Made by a program: the position numbers and the translations under genes. This document shows positions 39,061 through 51,300 of a stretch of DNA of 64,000 bases, one piece after another (the stretch's first letter is position 1; each line of letters starts with the position of its first letter). The notes beneath the pieces are model-generated. The model saw nothing but the letters and a program-made list of their open reading frames with translations, ran no database searches and was not told where the DNA came from. Source of the DNA: Chiloscyllium plagiosum (lineage: Eukaryota); contig NC_057720.1 of NCBI RefSeq assembly GCF_004010195.1, positions 30,103,829 through 30,167,828 of the forward strand. Reading direction: 5' to 3'.

Positions 39061-39750
39061 TGTTATGACATGGGGTAAACTCTCCTGCTTAATTTAAACC
39101 AGCAACACAGAAAAGATTTATCCAGAGCAGTAATCTGTGAAAATTCAAGAGGACAACAACTATTTAAAGTAAAAATTAACAACTTTATTTCTTAAAGTGT
39201 AACAGAGAATTATTAAACAACAACTATTTACAACTTCTTCCTCTAACCTATTTTTTACCTTATCCTTCTACAATAGTAGTCTGATAAAACTCCTGATTAA
39301 AATTTATATAACAAAACTTTTTATCTCAAAACCCGGCAGCTTTCGGTTCTTCTCTACATTCCAGTCTTCTTTCCTTCTTCTTGGGGATTCTGCTTCACAG
39401 TTTACTGATCGATAAAGGTACCTTTAAGAGAGATATTTTTCAGGTAGTCTCTCTACATGCTGGCTTAGCAGTTCTCCTCCCAACAGTTCAATTTTCCCCG
39501 ATTTTATACCTCTAAATCATCGGATTGTGTCATTGGCTTTTAAGATTGTCAATATACTAAATTCAAACTTGATTGGAGTTTGTTTTTGTTTGGTGGGGGG
39601 AGGGGGGGGGAATATAATGTAAACTGATTGGCCTAATTCGAATCTGTTTTTGTCTCTAGGCAACCAGCTACCCTAGCTTCCCCAGTAGCTGGCCCACATG
39701 TTACATTGTATCTTATTGAGAACACTTGGTGCTGTCACTGCTAGATTTTA
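39061..39750 (-). repeat. 5' LTR of the gypsy element; outer end truncated by a CR1 fragment (39750-39878)
   Basis: Colinear with 28309-29380. Followed on the minus strand by ttgagggctcgt, resembling a tRNA-Pro PBS (TGGGGGCTCGT). Confidence 0.88.
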
Positions 39751-40144
39751 ACTCCCCATCCTGGGGAAAAGACCATGCTCATTCACCCTATCCATGTCCC
39801 TCACGATTTTATTAACTTCTATAAGGTCACCCCACAGCCTCTGATACTCCAGAGAAAATAGCCCCAGCCTATTCAGCCATGTTCAGAAATGGTTGAATAA
39901 GTTATTAGTTGACTGAAAAAAAGACTTAGAATGAGGTTGCAGCAGCCATTTCCACTGTACAATTCAGCGTGGTCAGGAAATAGGCATCCCCAGCAATCCT
40001 ATGCCACTTCAAAAGGATGTGGGGGCAGGAAGTGTGGATGGCATGTAATTTATCAATCTTTGACTTGGCTATGGGGAGCAGGAGTAGAGGTATAATCAAA
40101 TGCTGCTCCTGATGTTGGCCCGTTCTGCCCCCAGCCACCTATAT

Positions 40145-40305
40145 ATAGAATATAGAATCCCTACAGAGTGGAAACAGTCCCTTCGGACAAACAAGTCCAC
40201 ACTGATCTTCCGAACAGACACCCACCCAGACCCATTCCCCGAACATACTGTCCTATATTTACCCCTAACTAATGCACCTAGCCTTACACATCCCTGAACA
40301 CTAAG
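40145..40305 (-). mobile_element. 3' part of an HE1-like SINE
   Basis: gtggaaacagtcccttcgg...caagtccacactga tail. Confidence 0.75.
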
Positions 40306-40399
40306 TATAGCTTCCACTCAGGAAGATTTATTGTGAATTCGAGGAAATTATATAGATGAACCCAATGCAGCCATGAACTTGAAAATCATATTAGAATGT

Positions 40400-40815
40400 A
40401 AGACTTTGCACATTTTATGACTTCAATGCAAACCAAAGCACTTCATTGCCTCTGATCTAGTTTTGAATTGTAACTGCAGCAAATTTGCGTCTGGCATGTT
40501 TTGACAAACAGAAGTGAGATAAATACCAGCTGCACTAATCTGTTCAGAAATGAAAGTTGAGTGATTCATGTTTATCAGGACACGAAGAGAACTTCAGTGT
40601 TCAAAGTTAAAAATCACACAACACCAGGTTATAGTCCAACAGGTTTAATTGCTTTCGGAGCGCTGCTCCTTCATCAGGTGGTTGTCCAGTTTCTTCGTGA
40701 AATAATTTAATTTGTCCTTTAGGTTTTGTTGAGAGAACAGCATGCAGAGCCTTGATTTAACATTTCTTCCAAAGGCTGACATTTCCTATCCTGCAGTCTG
40801 CACTAAAGTGCACAA
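40400..40815 (-). mobile_element. Old Deu-domain SINE (SacSINE1/AmnSINE1-like), interrupted by a family B insert (40600-40685) with a truncated hammerhead
   Basis: Degenerate ccaaagcacttcattgcc, gcagcaaatttgcg, acaaacag, caggacacgaagagaactt and gagccttgatttaac motifs, recognised from memory only. Confidence 0.5.
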
Positions 40816-41392
40816 TCTGTACAAATATACCCATTTTTCTGGGTCAAAGGGGAAAATCCCTGTACATCAAAAAGCCTGGATGAAGCTTGAAGACAAATGT
40901 GTGATGCATAAATCCTGTAGTTTTGTTATTAAAGTTAGCTTCCATCTTGAGTTATATCAAACATATCACTTGCTCCAGTTAAAATCACACAATAAAACAA
41001 AGAATGGAATTTGCCTCATTAACTGCAGAACCCAAGTTCTCCTTTTATCAGAGTTGCATTCCTTATATTTTCAATTTGGCCATAAAATAATCAAGGAGCA
41101 ATGCCCAAGGCCTTCAATTATTCTGACAAAGGTATTTTGCAAGATATATTCTTTGAAAATTAGTTATATAATCAAATGCTAATTATTTTGTTTTTTTTTC
41201 CCTTCCTATGAAGGTGAATGAGCAAGACTGCTCTTACATCCCGTACATGGATTATGTTTTATTAAAACAGAAAATCTAGAAACTCTCAAAGGGTCAGGCA
41301 GAATATGTAAGAAGAGTGAAAGAGAGTTCATGTTTTAGGTCAAAGACGTTTCATCAGTGTTTGTTGTCTGAGTTTATTCAGGAATAAAGATA

Positions 41393-41447
41393 AAATAGAG
41401 ATAATGAAATAGAGATAATGAAATAGAGATAATGAAATAGAGATAAT
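41393..41447. repeat. 14-bp tandem repeat (aaatagagataatg) x ~4
   Basis: Directly visible. Confidence 0.9.
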
Positions 41448-42646
41448 AATGGATATTAGAAGAGATGAATAAGTGGTTTTCTTTTCAGTTGTTTGATGAA
41501 CAAAAATACAAGTAAGGAAGCAGTGACCATTCAGCTTTTCTATCCTGCTTTGCCTTGGCCTCAGAACCACATTCCTGCCTACCCCTGATAACCTGTGATT
41601 CCCTTGTTAGTCAAAAATCTATCCACCTCTGCCTGAAAGTATTGCTCTCTGGGAAAGAGTTTCAAAGACTCTCAAAGCTTTGAGAGTGAAAACAAAAACA
41701 CCTCATCTCCTTCTTAAATGGGAGACTCTGGAAGTAGAATCACAGTGAGGCAATTTAAAGTTTGATATCAGACGTGTTCTTTCACAAAAATCCTGGAAGC
41801 ACGGAAGAAAGAATACATCTCACAATGGGTAAGAGCTTCAAGTATGTCTGGATGGTGAACTGCGATGCATAAATTGGAGCTTCCTCATCAATAATTACCT
41901 TGCAATCTTGTACATGTTTTCATATAAAGCTTTCAATATGTGATAAATTGTTTAAGCAAATAAGTGATTCCAGATGAAAATATTGTACATCAAACAGAAA
42001 GCCAAAAAATGAGCACTTCTGTGATGACAGCATGCATTATGTCTCTAAGAGGGATTGGAGTGAATGGAGAAGAGAAAGAGAATTGAAAGCAATATTATGA
42101 TATCAACAAATTTTTGTGAAGAGATGTTGGCAGACATAGACAATATATCATCTTTTTTTAAAACCTAATCCCTTTCCCACAAAAAGTTGCTATCCTAACT
42201 CTGGTTGATAAAGGTTTTTTCAGTATTTTTGGTGAGGGTGCAGTCCTAAGTAAGCACTCCATTTGATGTACAGAATAGCAGAGGCAGAAATGTCAACAAT
42301 TCTGCGAGAATATTCCATCTCTCTAGTCATGCCTTTTTTTATTATATCATCAGATGAAGGCTGGGGGAAAAGAAAATGCAAGAATTGTATAATTGCACAT
42401 CCCAGATTAGTCAGGATTCCAAAATAAATGGATCCAACCCAAAATCCATCCACAGTATTTTAAGTTTTGCAATCACTGCATTTATAGAAAGAGTCACTCT
42501 TCAATCAGACTATTTGAGTGTTTTGTTCAGGAAAGGCTGGATGAAATACAAGGTTTTTTAAAACTATAAACATATAGAGACTGCACAGAACGACGCATTA
42601 TTTTTTTGCAGAACATGAACCAGAATCTGGCAATTCCCACACTTAC

Positions 42647-42967
42647 CATTTCTTTAATCTGATTAATAGCATTTTTCATTTTCTTGAATGCTGCTTCCCT
42701 TCTCAAGCGAACTTTTGCTACCAAACGATAATAGTTCCTGGTTTCCAGCCATCTCATCAGTTTCATATACAGGACGGTGCATATTATAATGACAGAGATG
42801 AGCTCCAGGGGAATAATACCATTTGGATGCTGTGACATCATAGCAAGGACAATGGTTAATCTTACTGCAGCTTGCAAGCAAGCAGGTACTCTGAATAAAT
42901 CTACATCAATAACAGACAACAATAATAAAATCACAAGAGTAGTCAGGGCTATCTTCAAAAGAACCAT
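42647..42967 (-). CDS. FAAH: FAAH/VDHAP-like amidase, coding exon 1 (107 codons; hydrophobic N-terminus)
   Basis: ATG at 42967; MVLLKIALTTLVILLLL...RRE AAFKKMKNAINQIKEM followed by a GTAAGT donor at 42646. Phase 0 joins exon 2 in frame. A TM segment followed by a basic helix resembles the FAAH N-terminus. The true start may be a downstream Met. Confidence 0.8.
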
Positions 42968-44059
42968 TCAGTGAAAATGATTGGAATGCTTATAAAGCAT
43001 CAGCGTGACTATTGATTAGCCATTATTTAAATTTTTAGCTTCCGTTTTCTCTTGCTTTATGTTTCTCTATACAATTTCACCCAACAGGATGAGTAAGTGA
43101 CAATGCAAGTATTTTAATTGGTACAGTAGATAAATATTACATTTCAGTTTATCTTGATTACTAACAATTTAAAGTTATTTGTATTTAATAGTTTAATTTA
43201 TTATTTTTTTAAAATGTAAATGTTGTTCACAAACAAGGTGCTCCTAATAAAAAAAAAATGAAAAGATTGCTGTTCCTTTGGTCAAATTACAAATTTTTGA
43301 TATGGACCTTTAAACTCTATAATTGCTATTATCAATACACCTATAAGTAGCTCTACAAAAGATATTGATGCAAAACTGACACCATCTTATGTCCTATCAT
43401 ATATATATATATATATCTAAAATGAGTAAATGTTTAGGTTCCCATGTAACTTGAACCTCTATAATCCATTTAATGTGGGTACTCCTACAATACTGTTAGG
43501 AAGGGAATTCTAGGGTATTGATCCAGTGACACTGAAGGGGCACCTGGAGGTGGTGGTGTATCTGCTGCCTTTGTCCTTCTAGATGGTAGTAGTCACAGGT
43601 TTGGAAGTTGCTGTCTAAGGAGCTCTGGTGCATTTTTGGAATTCATCTTGTAGATGGTACACACTGTAGCAACTGAGTTATTATGGTGGAGGGAGTTGAT
43701 ATTTGTGGATGTAGTATCAATTAAGCAGGCTGTTTTGTGCATGATGGTTTCAAATCTTTTGTGTGTTATTGAAGCTGCAGCCATTCGGGCAAGTGGGAAA
43801 TACTCTATCACACACCTGACTGGTGCTTTGTAGATGGTGGAGAGGCTTTAATCACAATTGACAATGTTTTCATGGTCATCACTGGACTCTTAATTCCAGA
43901 TTTTTATTGAATTCAAATTCCAAGCTGCCATGGCAGGATTCAAATCAGGGTACCCAGAACAATACTTGGGTTTCTGAATTAACAGTCCAGCAATAATAGC
44001 ACTAGGCCGTCACCTCCACTCCGTCTGTTGATGCTTCTAACGGTTCTGCAATCTACTGT

Positions 44060-45270
44060 ACACTTCCCTCCTGCATTAGACTCCCCAAAATGCATCACCT
44101 CACATTTGTCCAGATCAAATTCCACTTGCCATTTCTCTGCTCAAGTCTCTAGCCTATCTATATCCTGCTATATTCTCTGGCAATCTTCAGCATTCCCAAT
44201 CTTTACGTCATCCGCAAACTTATGAATCAGGCAGTGACAAGTGGAGTGCCACAGGGTTCAGTGCTGGGACCCCAGCTGTTCACAATACAGATTAACAATT
44301 TGAACAAAGGAATTGAATGCAAAGTCTCCAAATTTGCAGATGATACTAAGCAGGGTGGCAGTGTGTACTGTGAGGAGGATGCTAAAAGGCTGCAGGGTGA
44401 TTTGGACAGGCTTGCTGAGTGAGCAAATACTTGACAAATGCAATATTATGTGGATAAATGTGAGGTTATCCACTTTGATTGAAACAACATTTCATTCGAT
44501 ATATTCTGGGAGGGACATAGGATGTGGACCTTGAGGTTAAAGGGGCAAGGCGAGAAAGTATGAATGGGATACTGAAATTGCATGATCAGCTGAATGGCCT
44601 ATTCCCGCTCCTAATTTCTATGTTTCCTCCAAATCATTTATATATTATAAACAATAAGTCAGCATTCTGGTGGAACAAGTAATTAAGATGGCAAATAGAA
44701 TTTTGGCCTTTATTGCCTGGGAGTTGGAGTTTAAATATAGGAAAGTCTTGTTGCAACTGGACATTAGTGAGGCCAAAGTAGAATTTTGAGCCTAATATTT
44801 ACAAAAAAAAACATATTAGCATTCAAGGCTGCTCACAAAAGATTCACTCGGCTGATTCCGAGGACGAATGGACTGACTTATCAAGAATAGCTAAACACAT
44901 TATGCTTTTATTTGTTAGAGTTAGGAAGAATGAGGGATGATCTTGGTGAAGCATAAAAGGTCCTGAGAGGGCTTCACATGGTTGATGTTGAATTGATGTT
45001 GCCACTAATGGGCACATTCCAAACTGGGGGCATATTAACAGGATAATCACACATTAATTTAAAACTGAGATGTAGAAGAATTTCTTCTCCAGGAGGGTAG
45101 TGAACACCTGGAATTCTCTACCTCAGAAAGTTGTGGAAGCTAGACAACTGAAAGAATTTGAGAAGGAGGCAGATAGATTTTTGAAATATCAAGGAGTTGC
45201 TATTTACATTGAATTAGCGTAAAAAGAGGAATTGGTGCCTGAGGCAGATCAGCGATGATCTACTTGAATG
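44060..45270. mobile_element. Back-to-back CR1 fragments (44060-44222 minus, 44222-45270 plus)
   Basis: KFADD motif on both strands around 44222; [10 protein letters not shown] on the plus strand. Confidence 0.8.
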
Positions 45271-46276
45271 GCAGGGGTAAGCTGTCGGGTCCAAAGGCTT
45301 CCCATTGCTTTCCTTTCTCATGTACTTCTGATCAAATCAATATTTGAACTTGCACACCCCACTAAGAGAACACAATTTCAAAAGTACCATGTTTGAATGA
45401 GAAAGTAAGCAAGGATTTCCACATTTTGGGTCGGTGATAGGGCCAAATGGCACAATACAGATAAAAATTCTTCTACTCTCCTAACCAAGCTTGATCCTTC
45501 CCCCAACATCACCAAAAACCATAATAACTGACTATTCCATGCAATTTCTTATCTGTGAAGTTGGCTGCTGTATTTATTCTTTTTGCAACATGAGGGTGAC
45601 GTATTTAGGGGATATATCATTTATCTTTCAAACTTGAGTTTTGTTCCTTACTCCTTACTCCTAATTAAATTTGAGTTCATTAGTTCCAATTATGAAATTT
45701 GATGTATACTCCCTATCTGTTTCAATTGTCTCCAGATATTTTCAATTAGCTATTTCTCTCAAAAGTATCCTTTTCCCTTCCCTTTTATATATTCCTGATT
45801 TTAATGTATTAAATATGTGTTACTTTTTTTAAGTTTAGTAACTCACCTCTATCTTGACAGTTTTATATTTTTAATTTTCTCAAGAATCTTGCTGTCCCAC
45901 CTCTTTTGATCTATTACGCGTCCTGAAGTTGCTCTTTTACCTCTCCATCTTTTCTAACCATTGTTGTCCATATCTCTAACATTTAGACTTAGCAATTTTC
46001 TTTTGCTAGTTCTGACTTTTCCCTTCTTAAATTTACTTTTTACAGTTATATTATTTCAACAGTCTAAACTGCCAGATTCTCTTTCTTTTAATTCTTTCTC
46101 ACTACATTCTAGAACCTATATGTTTTAATTGTCGACATTCCGGACTTACAGCTTTTGAAACAGTTGATCTGTCCATGGCAGCAAGTGCAATAGCTGCTGG
46201 GGGGGTTGGTGAATGACTCTCATACTGCCACTTGCCTGCACTGTAAGAAAGCAAGTAGGTTACTTTCTGTTGAAAT

Positions 46277-46456
46277 ATGATTTGGAGATGCCGGTGTTAG
46301 AATGGGCTGTACAAAGTTAAAAATCACACAACACCAGGTTATGGTCCAACAGGTTTAATTGGAAGCACAACTACCTGATGAAGGAGCAGTGCTCTGAAAG
46401 CTAGTACTTCCAATTAAACCTGTTGGACTATAACCTGGTGTCGTGTGATTTTTAAC
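46277..46456. mobile_element. Penelope-derived hairpin insert, family B, with hammerhead at 46372-46406 (+)
   Basis: 10-bp TSD tctgttgaaa; long inverted arms; UAC-CUGAUGA-aGGAGCaguGCUCU-GAAA-GC-UA^GUA. Confidence 0.85.
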
Positions 46457-48366
46457 TCTGTTGAAACAGTTAATAACGTCAGAGTCCCAATTCTCAAGCC
46501 TCCTACTTCAGAACTGCTAAGACCTGAAGGACATAACTGCCAGACTGGGCAAACAGCATGGCTTAGAGAATGCACTCAAGGGAATCAGGAGCAAAACTAT
46601 TGAATTGATTTATTGAACTGAATTTGCTTTATTGTCACAGAGACTCGATACTTTTCGCCACTTACAGTGCCATCTGAGGTATAAAGGTATCTAGTAGTTA
46701 CAACTCCTGAGAAAATATAAAAGAAAAATGCCCAGCATTGCAGAAATAAAAGTCCAGAACAGTGGTCTTCCAGCCTATACCACACTGGCACCTAGCCTCC
46801 AATCTGCAATGGCCTTAACCTTGAGGATCACAAGACCGGGAGAGTGATCCAGGCAACCATGCTGGGCAAAGGATGCCAAGTCGGGCTGAGAAGGTGCAAT
46901 GCCAGGGGACCACTTTGAAAGGCTGCCATGGGAGGCTGCTATGTCAGCCAGGAGGTCACAATGCCAGGCAGGGAGTTCAACCAAAGATTGGGAGTCATCA
47001 CCGGAGGCCAGGAGCTGTTGCTCGAGGCTGAGAGTCATCACCAGAGGCTGGGAGTTGTTGGAGGCTAACAGAGGAGAAAAATCACCAAGAGGAAAATAAA
47101 GAGAAGAATGGGTGGAGCAGACAAGCTCCAGCTGATGCATCCTTCTCTGCCACCATCTTGATTTCCCAACTGCTTGGCGCTGTAACCAGCACAAAGAAAT
47201 ATTGTTGCTGTCGTTGGAGTTCATCACTATCATTCAGATTTATTAATCTCGTGATATCACTGCAGGAATTCCTCAGGATACTTTTTGTAAAAATAACTTT
47301 GCTATATTATCTATTTTCCCAATTAACCTGTTCAGAGACGTTATTGCATACCTCTGCAGCAGGTGGGACTTCAACCCAGGTCTTTCAGTCCATGAGTAGA
47401 GACATTCCTACTGCTCCATAAAGGTACTGTTCTAGACTCAATCATCTTCAGCTGCTTCATTAATGACCTTCCCTCCATCATAAGGTCAGAAGTAAGGATG
47501 TTCAATGTTAGGTGCAGAGCATTCAATTGCATTCATAATTCTAAGACAATGAAGCAGTCCATGTCTACTTGCAATGAGATGTGGCTAACATTCAATACTA
47601 ATGAGTTGAATTTATGACAGGAAATATTTGTCACAAATGCCAGGCAATGACCACCACCTGTAAAGTTTAATAAAGTCAAAGACAAATAATGTCTTACCAC
47701 CATCTCTCATCAGTTTTCATATTATGTTTCCATCAGAAGGGCAGAAGTGGGGATATTCGTTGATGACTGTACAATATTCAGCACCATTTGTGATTCCTCA
47801 GATATTGAAGTAGTCCATAAACACATGCAGCAAGACCTGGACAGTATCTAGGCTTGGGCTGCCAAGAAACACTTAAGAATCACACCACAACTGCCTATGT
47901 GTAGATATCTCAACAAGCAATAATCTCGCCACTGCCCCTTGACATTCAGTGCCATTAACATCATTGATATCCCCACTATCAACATCCTGGTGGCTACCAT
48001 TGATCAGAAATGAATTGGACTATCCATATGCACATTGAAGCTACAAGAACAGGTTACAGGCTGGGAAACCTGCAGCGAGTAATTCACCTCCTGACTCCCA
48101 AACTTCAAGACACAAGTCAGAGTGTTATAGAATCCTCCCCACTTGTCTGGATCAGTGCAGTTCTGAACAACACTCTAGATTGAAACTATCTGGAACAAGG
48201 CAGCCTACTTGATCGATAAACATTCATTTTCCCCACCACAGACATTCAGTAACATGGACTACCTACAAGACACACTGCAAACATTCACCACAGCTCATCA
48301 AACAACACCACATCTACATCTCCGCTCTCATCAATCCTCTTTGTTACTTCTTCAAAAAACTCAATC

Positions 48367-51300
48367 AGGGGGATCCAAGATGGCGGTGATCTAGGAAGAT
48401 CACTTTGCAGAGCTCCGCACAACAGCACAAACGGGATGAACTTTTAGCTCACGCTACCCGTACCAACGCGATATCCTGGAACTCTGAAAAGGTCATGGAG
48501 TCCCAAAAAACTGTTACCTTGGTTTTCGCCAACCAGGGATGCCGAAGAAGGGAAGAGGAGCGTCCGAAACTGGGCCCGTGGCCCTGCCTGCAGGATCCTC
48601 AGACACGATTTCTTACCAGGCCCTGATGAAAGAGCCCGCCAAATCTCACGAGATGTTGGGTAAGCAGGTAGAGGAGAAGCTGGCCCCAATCTCGACCATG
48701 CTGCAGAAGCATGAACAGCAGCTGGGAGATCTGGAGGAAAGGACGGATGAGGTAGAACACAGAGTCACAATGGTGGAAGCTGATACCGGTTCCTCCAAGG
48801 ATAGGGTCCAAGCCCTGGAGACGCAGGTCTGTCATTTGCTTGACCAGGTTGATGACCTCCAGAACAGGGGCAGGAGAAAAAATATTCGAAGAGTATTCTG
48901 CCGGAGAGTAAGGAAGGTGAGTGGCCGGCGGAATTTATTGAGGACTGGTTGCTGAAATCCCTTAACTTGGAGGCTGGAATGAGAGGCTTGAAGTTTGAGA
49001 GGGCTCACCGGGTCACGGCGCGGAGGTCAGGTATGGATCAACATCCTCGTCCTACCCTGATGCAGTTTCATCATTATAGAGATAAGGAGAGAACCTTGGA
49101 AGCTTCCAGAATCCAGGGGAAGGATCCAAAGGCCCTAGTAAAAGCAAGCTCTTAAGATCATATTCTTCCAGGACTTCTCAGTGGCAGTGGTCCATAAAGA
49201 AAGTCCTATGACCGTGTCAAGAGAAGACTGAGGGCGCTCGGGATCCAGTACTCTCTGAGGTATCCGGCGGTGCTTCAGTTCATCTTAGATGGATCCATTC
49301 ATGTCTTTGACAGAGCGGAAAAGGCAAGAGATTTTGTGGACAAATTAACCTAACCTGAACAATTTGGTATGTACAAATAGTCGTGTTGTTTGGATTTGTC
49401 TTTGCTTTTTCTTTCAAAAGGAAACAGCAAGTCTGGTCAGGGCTTTCTTTTTTTATTGGTAATAATCTGATCAAAACTATGTTTGGCGGCAGTTGAGATG
49501 TGGAGTTTCAATTTCTAAGGGTGAGTTGTACCAAAGGATGGATGGGGAGCCAACCTGTTTTTTTCAAAATTTCAAAATTTCTTTATTCACATGGCTATTC
49601 CTTGGTGTATTTTTTTTCTTTTCTGCTTGTGTTTGCGGTGCAGCTCTAGCTAGGAGGAAGGAAAATGGTTGGATGCGCCGATGCCTACTTACAGGCAGTT
49701 TATGCCCAGTTCCGATATTTAAATGCCCTGGCTGCTGTATTGGCAGTGGGATGGGAAGTTGGGTTTTGGGATGTGTAGATACCCCCTTTGGGCATGGTGT
49801 GTATTCCCCTATTCAGTGCCATTGGCACTTTATACGTTGGTTTGTTGTTTGGTTTTTGCTGTATATAGCCTTTGATAGCTTTGTAGGTTTGTTAATTGTA
49901 GTGGTTTTAGTTTATGTAGTTTTTATGTTTGATGGATCTTGCGGCACTAAGGCTCGGCAATCTTGTAATTCCAATTCCTCCTCTCTGGAATCTAAATATT
50001 ACTGCAGAAGGTTATGGCTAATGACTTGATTGAATGGTGTACCTGGAACCAATTAAGAGGAAGAAGGTACTTTCAAATCTTAGAAAGGAAAAGGTGGATA
50101 TTGCTTTGTTAAAGGAGACATACTTGGAAGATAGGGAGCATTTGAAACTACAGCAGAGTAGCTTTGATTGGGTTTACTTTTCATCTTTTAACACCAGAAG
50201 TAGGGGACTGGTTCGGAGGAACCTCCCATTTAAGTTACTAAAGTGTGTTAAAGATACACATGGGAGGTTTGTAATTCTCAAAGCACTGATAAACGGGGAA
50301 GAATATGATGTTTTAAATGTTTATTGCCCTCCGGCCCATCCCCTCAAATTTCTGATAGATGTGTTCTCAAAATTGATCAGTCTTGAGTCCCAGCATATCA
50401 TTATAGGGGGAGATTTTAGTTGTTTCATGGATCCCATAGTAGACAGGTTGCCCAAAGGCCCATCCATACCCTCTGTATAAACTCAACAATTAGTGGATCT
50501 GTATGTGGAGTTAGAGTTGGTGGATGTTTGGAAGCGTCTCCACCCTGCAGGCAGGGATTTTGCGTTAATTTCCAATCCACACAGATGTCACACCAAGATT
50601 GATTTTTTCTGACCCCCGCGGTAACCCTGGTCTTGGTGGCATCTTGTACGATTCATAATATTACTATTTTCAATAGTGTCCCAGTGTACCTGTTAGTTAA
50701 GATTAAGGACGTTACAGTGGGCCTGAGACACTGGAGAATGGATCCCTTTATCCTTAAGGATAATAAGTTTGTGGAGTACTTCTTTCGGGAATTTCAGGTT
50801 TCCGAGACATTAACTCAGGCTTGGTTAGTAGCCTGTCCGTCCTTTGGGAAACTGGCAAAGCCTATGCCGGGGGTTAGTTATTTCCTACTCTGCCAGACGG
50901 AAGAAGCAGAAGGGCGAACAGCAACATCTCCTCAAAGCACGGTTGAAGGCAACCAAGAAGGCTTACCTTGACTGGCCCTTGTTGGTCAAGCTCCAGAGGA
51001 TTACGGTGCTGTGGTCTGCATTGAATTCCATGCTCATGCATACAGCAAAGAAAGAACTTACTTTTGCAAAGTAATGGTTACATGAGCATGATGACAAGCC
51101 AGGCAAGTACCTAGCATATCTTGCCAGGAAAAGGAGCGCCCCTCAAGCCATTACATCGATTAGGGAAGGGTCTGGGAACCTAACATATAATTCCAAAAAG
51201 ATTAATGTGGCATTCCAGATATTTGACTCTAAGTTACAACAATCTGAGGGTTGTGAGGGGTGTGTGTGTTTAGGGGGGCGGGGCGGGGGGGAACAAGATG

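Larger units (their letters stand above)
28309..39750 (-). mobile_element. Gmr1-type Ty3/gypsy LTR retrotransposon, decayed, with nested inserts
   Basis: Two homologous LTRs (28309-29415; 39061-~39750), PPT and PBS-like site. Order gag(SCAN, CCHC)-PR(RDTGS)-IN(HHCC, DDE)-RT(YLDD)-RNaseH. Confidence 0.92.

Noticed and set aside
41895..41960. Candidate extra exon with a GTAAT donor in intron 1
   Set aside because: No FAAH similarity, and exon 1 already joins exon 2 in frame.
49493..50029. 178-aa hydrophobic ORF
   Set aside because: It lies in the T-rich L1 inter-ORF spacer, has a non-ATG start, and its composition explains the hydrophobicity.
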